From contig BCKQ01000012.1 in NCBI GenBank assembly GCA_001600695.1, positions 577,514-582,944 on the forward strand: a DNA stretch of 5,431 nucleotides. The letters run 5' to 3'. Positions 1 to 5,431 of this stretch are shown one piece after another. Position 1 is the first letter of the stretch. The number at the start of each line of letters is the position of its first letter. Below the pieces are notes generated by a model, which saw only the letters and a list, made by a program, of their open reading frames with translations, searched no databases and was not told the DNA's origin. The stretch comes from Ascoidea asiatica JCM 7603 (Eukaryota; Fungi; Ascomycota). The position numbers and the translations under genes were made by a program.

Positions 1-71
1 TTCTTTACAGAAAAATATATTTATTTTATATATATTAATTACCTCAATTATTTATTTAATATATAATTACA
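1..71 (+). repeat. 71-bp exact terminal direct repeat, copy 1 (LTR sequence; probably assembly overlap)
   Basis: 1-71 is identical to 5361-5431 (ttctttacag...ataattaca). Confidence 0.97.
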
Positions 72-88
72 AGTTATTAAATTTATTA
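1..88 (+). repeat. 3' end (U5 side) of the 5' LTR, ending ...TTATTA
   Basis: 1-71 matches the downstream LTR. 80-88 AATTTATTA is an 8/9 inverted repeat of the LTR start TAATAACTT (4928-4936) and abuts the PBS at 89. The exact end (88, alternatively 79 or 71) is inferred. Confidence 0.75.
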
Positions 89-111
89 GATTTCCAATCT
101 TTGCTTTCCAC
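89..111 (+). promoter_or_regulatory. Primer-binding site complementary to the 5' half of tRNA-Ser(IGA)
   Basis: GATTTCCAATCTTT (89-102) is the reverse complement of AAAGAUU[I]GAAAUC, tRNA-Ser(AGA) nt 27-40 as recalled for S. cerevisiae. GCTTTCCAC (103-111) extends the pairing into the D-arm. It lies between the LTR end and the gag ATG. Confidence 0.8.
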
Positions 112-112
112 A

Positions 113-895
113 ATGTTTATGTTTCCTGATGGTTTTGACATTGGCCATGAAGACTTTAAAGAAATTGTTGCTCAAGTTCAATTAATTAAAATTGATAAAT
201 ATTCTACTGGTACTGATTATCCTTTATTCAAGAAATGGTTTATTAAGAAGCTTTCTTATTACGTTGATTTTGGTGGTGATGATTTAAATTCTTTTTCTAA
301 TGCAAATGGTGTTAATCGTTCTCCTCGGAGACTTGCTGGTGTTGTTGAAGCTCTTATCAAAGTTGGTTATAATGCTTCTTTTTTTAAAGATTATGATGAT
401 GAAAACGGTATTTAAATTTTGATTAAGCTTAATGTTAAATATGCTGTTCTTGGTAACTTTGATAAAATTAAATTGTTAAGAAGCTTTATTAATCCAAATG
501 TTGTTGCTTCTTCTGATAAAGACTTTAAGAAGCAGATTAAACTTATTGTTGCTCATTTCCCTGTCTTTGCTTCGATTGCTCCTTATGTTGCTCTTTTGAA
601 GTTGAATGGTAAATCTACTGCAAAATATTTGAGAAATAACAAATTCTCTGGTAATGCTTGTGATGTTGTTGCTGCTTTAGAATCTAAAACTATTGGTGAT
701 ATTTTTAGAGATATTCGTGAATTAAGAGATGGAGGTTTAATTGATACTGATGATAAAAATGATATTATTAATGATGATTCTGATGAACTTAATTTGATGC
801 TTAGCAAAAACAAATTCTTCAATTGTGGTGCTTATGGGCATTTCTCTAAGAAGTGCAAGAAACCAAAGAAATTCAAAAAGTTTGAACATGTTTAG
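113..895 (+). pseudogene. gag: Gag region (capsid plus nucleocapsid with degenerate CCHC knuckle)
   Basis: Position after the PBS; F-F-N-C-G-A-Y-G-H-F-S-K-K-C at 815-856 is Cx2Cx4Hx4C with the first Cys as Phe (TTC), followed by basic KKPKKFKK; internal TAA at 413. Confidence 0.85.
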
Positions 896-1312
896 CTTAT
901 TGAAGTTCCTGATGATTATGCTGTTTCAATTGATAAAAATGATGTTGCTTCTGATACTGATGAAATCAATCTTGTTTTACATGAATTTGATATTCGTCCT
1001 TCTAATTCTACTGATGCTGCTCTTGCTGTTTCTAAGGTTGGTGAACCCTGTCCCTTGGTACCTAGACCGGCCTCATATAGAAGTGATCTGAAATTTGAGG
1101 ATGCTATGCTTGAACATCAGACCTCATCTTTTGGTGAGCTACATGCAGTAGCTGAAGGCTGCAAAGTCCATTGTGATGTGCTTAAGTCGGAGACTGAGAT
1201 GAGAATGAAAGCGACAGTAATGCCTGACCCACCAAATGGGGGCGAATCTCTGATGATCAAAGGCCCACTTAATACTGGTTTATCAATCTTGCAAATTCAA
1301 GAAGAAGTGAAT

Positions 1313-1690
1313 CTAGTAGATTCCTCTTCCAATGCAAACTTTTTCTTAGATACTGGTGCTTCAACTCATGTTGTCAACTTAATCGAGTTGCTTGCACACC
1401 AAAGAGAATCAAACACTTTGGTGAAAGGAATCAATGGACGAGAGATATGCAAAACTGAAGGTACTGTTAAAATTGGATGTCTTCAACTCAATGATGTGAA
1501 GTTGTTACCCAATGCTCCTAGAAATATCATTTCCATGGGAAAGCTAGCAGAAAGCGGTTACAAAATTGAAATTAAAGACAAATTGTGTTCAATTTATCAT
1601 CAAGAGAAGCTTATATTTGAAACAGTTATGCAAAACTATTTGTGGCATTTGGACCCTAATGATGTTTGTACTGAAATGGTGTTTAATGCT
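1313..1690 (+). other. Aspartic protease domain of Pol
   Basis: FFLDTGASTHVV (catalytic Asp 1349-1351), VKGING flap, G-T-V, LNDVKLLP, NIISMGKL. Boundaries are approximate. Confidence 0.92.
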
Positions 1691-1714
1691 GATACTTCTA
1701 CACCTACTGATTGA

Positions 1715-2602
1715 GGTGCTCAAACTGCTGTTTGCGATGAAATTCTTCAATTTCACAAAAACAACGGACATTGCTCATTTAACGAATTCAAGTGGTTAAA
1801 TCAATCTGCTGAAGTCAAATACCTCGATAATGACATTCATGCTGCTTTGAAGAGATGTGAAGCTTATGTTTCAATTGTACCTAAAAGTACAATTAGAAAG
1901 TCAAAAGAAGCTAAACACTTGGTTACTGGTGAATATATCGTTGCTGATCTAATTGGTCCCATTAACAACTCTTATGGATTGATTGTAACTGAAGCTAATT
2001 CGCACTTTCTTGTTGCTCATGTTCTTACTTCTAAGTCTCAAGCTACTGACAAACTAATTGAATCTCTCAGGATTTTCGAGAAGTTGCTTTCCTTGACCAA
2101 CAAATCACTTTGTTTTGTGAAAACTGATAATGAGTTCAAAACAAATGCATTCAAAGCATTTTGTTCTGCAAATGGTTTTATTCATGATGCGACTGCTCCT
2201 TATTCTTCTTATCAGAATGGAAAGTCTGAAAACATGAATCGTCAAATACAACACAAGTTGAAACAGTTGCTTGCTGATTCTAATATTCCTGATACTTATT
2301 GGAATTTTGCTTTCCATCATGCTGTTTTTCTTCACAATTACTTGCCCTTGAATTTAAATGGAAAATCTCCTTGGGAGATGCTCAGAGAAATCAAGAAAAC
2401 TGTTACTGTTACTGCTCCCTTTGGATGTCGTATCTATGGCTTTAACCATCATAGTGTCAGGCAAAAGGTTTTCAAGAAAGACGTTTCTGGAACGTTCTTT
2501 GGCTTCAATAAAACTAATACGATTGCTTTTATTCTAGAAGATGGCACTGGTAAAATAGTCAGATCCAGTTCATTTAGGTGCTTAACTGATGTTTATCCAT
2601 TC
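1715..2602 (+). other. Integrase: zinc-binding, catalytic core and SH3-like region
   Basis: H 1754, H 1769, C 1856, Y 1865 (expected C). D 1946 (ADLIGP), D 2126 (KTDNEF), E 2228 (QNGKSE). Also YWNFAFHHAVFLHN, SPWE, PFGC. Confidence 0.93.
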
Positions 2603-3241
2603 AAGTTAAACAATTATGTTGTTGTTACTGACACTGATGTCCAACCAATTTCTTTTGGTGGTTCTTCGGCTTCTTTCTCAGCTGCTTCTAATATTGATTC
2701 TAACACTTCTGCTACTGAAAATACTGTTGAAGTTAGACCTTCTAGCCATGATGCTGCTGATATTGATATGACTGATAACAATGAAAGTCAACAAACTCAA
2801 GAAGATACTCAAGATGTTTCTCTTGATGAAACTAGTGCTCCACCTGAAATGCAGGAGGATTGCTTAAATGACGCGTCCAATTGCAATATTTCAAGTGATT
2901 CACTTCAATCTGCTGTTGAATCAACTACTCCTTCTATTATCGAATCTACTCCATCTTTAATTTCCAATTCTGTTGTTATTACTCCTCGGAGAAGAAATAG
3001 GTTTCGCATTGCAAAAGCTTCTAATCGAGTTTACAAGATGAAACTAAGACCCAAAAGACATGTTTCGTTGCAAATGAAAGATATCCTCAATTTGCTTTCA
3101 AACAGCAGTAATGTTTCAGATCCTGTTATTCAACTCCCTGATGAAGATGCATCTGACCACAAAGCTGATTCTCAAAAAGCTATTGAAGGTCCAAAAGATG
3201 TTGTTTCTATGTCTGAAAACGCTTCTGATAATGAAATCAAT
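2603..3241 (+). other. Low-complexity Ser/Thr/Asp-rich integrase C-terminal linker with basic NLS-like block
   Basis: Acidic, Ser-rich translation with a central PRRRNRFRIAKASNRVYKMKLRPKRH (2984-3061). Confidence 0.7.
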
Positions 3242-4317
3242 CTTCTTGTTTCCAAATCAAAATACAAGATTCCTAACTACTTTTCAGAAGTGTTACAATC
3301 ACCTGAAAAGAACAAATGGTTACAAAGCATTGAGAAAGAGATGAACTCCATTCGTTCTAACAATGTGTATGATTCAGTAAAAAAGAATGATGTTGAGAAA
3401 GCTATCATCAAAGGCAGATGGGTTTTCAATGTTAAACAAGAAACAGATAACTCAGAGCGTTTTAAAGCTAGATTAGTCGCCAAAGGTTATTTGCAACACC
3501 TTGGTGAAAACCTCATCGATATCTATGCTCCAGTGATGAAGTGTGATACTTTAAGATTGATCTTGTCCTTAGCTGCAATTAAAGGTTATTCTTTGTGCCA
3601 AATGGATGCTAAAACTGCTTTTCTCAATGGAAAGATAGATTATCCTGTTTTCTTTCAACTTCCTGCAGGAACTGGTACTCCTTCAGAATATGTCTGGAAA
3701 CTCAAGAAAGGACTTTATGGACTAAAACAAGCTCCTCACATCTGGTTTAATACAATTAGAAAGGTGGTAATGAAAAGTGGTGATTTTGAACAAAGTGTGC
3801 TAGATCCTTGTTTGTTTTACAACAAAACCTGTTACATCTCAATCTACGTTGATGATATTCTCATTGCAGGTGCTACTTCTTCTGATATCAAAGTTGCAAA
3901 AGATTTACTCAATGATGCTTTGGTGATGAAAGATATGGGTTCTCCTGCTGTGTTCCTTGGAATTAACATCAATAAGATTTCAAATGGATACTCCATCTCG
4001 TTAAAGGACTTATAACCAAAATCGAAAATGATTTTGAAGTTAAAAAGCTCAAAGAGCTCAGAACTCCACTAGCTAAAGGTTTTGAACCAGCTGAATCTTC
4101 TTCCAAACTTCTAACTGAAGAAGAACATTCAAAATACCGATCAGGCATTGGAACTCTCTTGTTCCTGGCTAACACTGTTAGACCTGATATATCATTTGCT
4201 ACTTCAATGCTAAGTCGATATCTCGTTACTCCCAGAAAATCTCATTTGAGTGCTGCTTTCAGGATATTGCAGTATGTTGTTCAAAGAAAGAACTTCTCTT
4301 TAACTTATGTTGCAGAT
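3242..4317 (+). other. Reverse transcriptase domain (copia-type), frameshifted near 4010
   Basis: KWLQSIEKEMNSI, GRWVF, FKARLVAKGY, QMDAKTAFLNG, LKKGLYGLKQAPHIW, YVDD (3845-3856), KDMG, RPDISF. Confidence 0.96.
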
Positions 4318-4401
4318 TAGAACCACATCAAATATGCTGATTTCCGTTACATGGATAAAAGTGACAATGCTAAGATTCAAGACTATCCCAAACAAACAGC
4401 T

Positions 4402-4863
4402 TTCAAATTAACTGTTGTTAGTAATTCTGACTTTGCAAGCGATAAACGAACCAGCCACAGTCAAAGTGGCTATTTCACATTATTGAATGGAAATATCATT
4501 TCATGGTCTTCTAGAAAACAATTGTTGATTGCTCTCTCGTCAACTGAAGCCGAATATATTTGACTTACTGAAGCGATGAAAAGTGGATTGTACTTCAAGA
4601 ATGTTTTAGCTAACGTCAAATTCAACTGTTCCTTTATCAACCTTCTTGGTGATAATCTCTCTTCTTTAACTCTTGCTGCTCATCCTTATATTCACAACAA
4701 GTGTAAGCACATTGATATCAAATATCATTTCATTAGACATAATGTTACAAGTAAGTTGATAAAACTTAACTATGTTAACACTAAGATGAATACTGCAGAC
4801 ATGCTTACCAAGCTCGTTGATACAACTACATTAGAAAGCTTGCTTCAATCTGTTTTTCATTAA
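4402..4863 (+). other. Ty1/copia RNase H domain, disrupted
   Basis: VSNSDFASD (first catalytic Asp appears as Asn, AAT 4423-4425), SQSGY, ISWSSRKQ, SSTEAEYI*, GDNLSS, KHIDIKYHFIR, NTADMLTK. Confidence 0.94.
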
Positions 4864-4918
4864 TGAATTTCAATTATCAATACTTTAACAATTATCAAAG
4901 ATCATGTTATTCTTTTTT

Positions 4919-4927
4919 GAAGGGGAC
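4919..4927 (+). promoter_or_regulatory. Polypurine tract (plus-strand primer)
   Basis: GAAGGGGA(C), preceded by a T-run (TTTTTT), 55 nt after the pol stop and immediately before TAATAACTT. Confidence 0.85.
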
Positions 4928-5431
4928 TAATAACTTATTGATCTATTTCATCAATTACTTGCTTCAGTTTAGCATTGCTTTCTGCTTAAATTACTTCTGT
5001 TTTACTTAGGACTGTTAACACACAATTACCTGTTTTCTGTTTTTCTCTTTCTTTTACTGTTACCTAACCCTAATATTTATCATGTGCCAGGGCTCAACTA
5101 TGACCGATCTAATTATTTGCATTATTTGGTTTTTCTCAGATCACCTGTTTGCGTGGTCACCTGGTTGGCACGGGGGATGCAAATGCTTTTTGTTTTTCGT
5201 CCAATGAAAAACTTTGCACTTGCTCATTTACTTTGGCAATTGTTCGCTCAATTGCAATCTGCTGCTGTTTTCAAACTTCTTTCCAGGTTTGCTAATCTAA
5301 ATTAAATAGCTTTCTTTTCCTGTTTTATTTTCTTTTTCTCTTTTATATTTTTCTTTTTCTTTCTTTACAGAAAAATATATTTATTTTATATATATTAATT
5401 ACCTCAATTATTTATTTAATATATAATTACA
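4928..5431 (+). repeat. 3' LTR (truncated by window end; full LTR about 521 bp when joined to 72-88)
   Basis: Starts directly after the PPT; non-coding and T-rich; last 71 nt identical to the window start; terminal inverted repeat TAATAA...TTATTA. Confidence 0.85.
5361..5431 (+). repeat. 71-bp exact terminal direct repeat, copy 2
   Basis: Identical to 1-71. Confidence 0.97.

Larger units (their letters stand above)
113..4863 (+). pseudogene. gag-pol: gag-pol polyprotein, disrupted (about 1580 codons)
   Basis: ORFs 101-415, 419-895, 1055-1714 and 1847-4015 share one frame, separated only by single stops (TAA 413-415, TAG 893-895, TGA 1712-1714). An apparent 1-nt deletion at about 4010-4011 moves RT to the frame of 4012 (ITKIENDF...YRSGIGTLLFLANTVRPDISF). 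Further stops at TAG 4318-4320 and TGA 4561-4563. Final stop TAA 4861-4863. First ATG is 113. Confidence 0.93.
1..5431 (+). mobile_element. Ty1/copia-superfamily LTR retrotransposon (Hemivirus-like, half-tRNA primed), degenerate copy
   Basis: Domain order Gag(zinc knuckle)-PR(LDTGA)-IN(HHCC, DDE)-RT(KARLVAKGY, LYGLKQAP, YVDD)-RNaseH(SSTEAEY, KHIDIKYHFIR, ADMLTK). IN before RT is diagnostic of copia. PBS, PPT and LTR sequence flank the ORF. Confidence 0.98.

Noticed and set aside
64-84. Canonical LTR end at CA (70-71) followed by a degenerate Ty5-like iMet half-tRNA PBS (AGTTATTAAATTT vs GGTTATGAGCCCT)
   Set aside because: Only about 7/13 match, there is no corresponding TG after the PPT, and the tRNA-Ser match at 89-111 is far better. 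The window ending at this CA is probably coincidental.
1177-1224. TPP-riboswitch-like words (GTGC...CTGAGA...TAATGCC)
   Set aside because: The CCUGAU/P4-P5 core and P1/P2 pairings are missing.
1240-1260. Hammerhead (CTGATGA) or HDV-like (GGCGAAT) ribozyme cores
   Set aside because: I could not build stem II plus GAAA, or the nested HDV pseudoknot, by hand. The region is kept only as a generic structured-RNA candidate.
2822-2845. LDETSAPP resembling the Ty5 Sir4-targeting motif LDSSPP
   Set aside because: It needs a 2-residue insertion and lies in low-complexity sequence, so a chance match is likely.
4007-4015. Programmed frameshift inside RT
   Set aside because: It lies in the middle of the RT domain with no slippery heptamer or Ty1 CTTAGGC site. 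It is best explained as a 1-nt deletion or a sequencing error.
583-4175. Short alternative-frame and antisense ORFs (583-822, 825-1091, 1566-1799, 1589-1771, 2105-2335, 3111-3344, 3277-3483, 3969-4175)
   Set aside because: Shadows of the biased gag-pol codon usage. For example, the Leu/Met-rich 825-1091 ORF arises from GAT/GCT/GTT runs read off-frame.
413-4563. Stop-codon reassignment (alternative genetic code) explaining the in-frame stops
   Set aside because: All three stop types occur, there are only five in about 1580 codons, TGG is used for conserved Trp, and a frameshift plus catalytic-residue substitutions independently show decay.
5084-5305. 73-aa ORF in the LTR (possible env-like or accessory gene)
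   Set aside because: GTG start, short, no recognisable motif, and hydrophobicity is explained by T-rich LTR composition.
5291-5370. Splice-acceptor-like GCTAAT...poly-pyrimidine...TTTACAG in the LTR
   Set aside because: No canonical TACTAAC branch point or clear donor was found. T-tracts are ordinary in yeast LTR promoter and terminator regions.

Overview
The whole window is one Ty1/copia (Pseudoviridae) LTR retrotransposon on the + strand, most likely from an AT-rich yeast or fungus. Layout: 3' end of an LTR (1-88), primer-binding site (89-111), a single-frame gag-PR-IN-RT-RNaseH polyprotein (113-4863), polypurine tract (4919-4927) and LTR (4928-5431). The first and last 71 nt are identical, so the contig can be read as a 5360-bp circle with one LTR of about 521 bp. 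This copy is decayed: 5 in-frame stops, 1 frameshift and substitutions at conserved Cys/Asp residues. Unusual points: (1) the PBS is complementary to the 5' half and anticodon arm of tRNA-Ser(IGA), with a C opposite inosine-34; (2) the LTR termini are TA...TA instead of TG...CA; (3) the integrase has D-D(33)-E spacing; (4) a GC-rich, apparently structured island lies between gag and protease. Together these suggest a possibly undescribed half-tRNA-Ser-primed Hemivirus-like lineage. No database searches were run, and the tRNA comparison uses the S. cerevisiae sequence recalled from memory.
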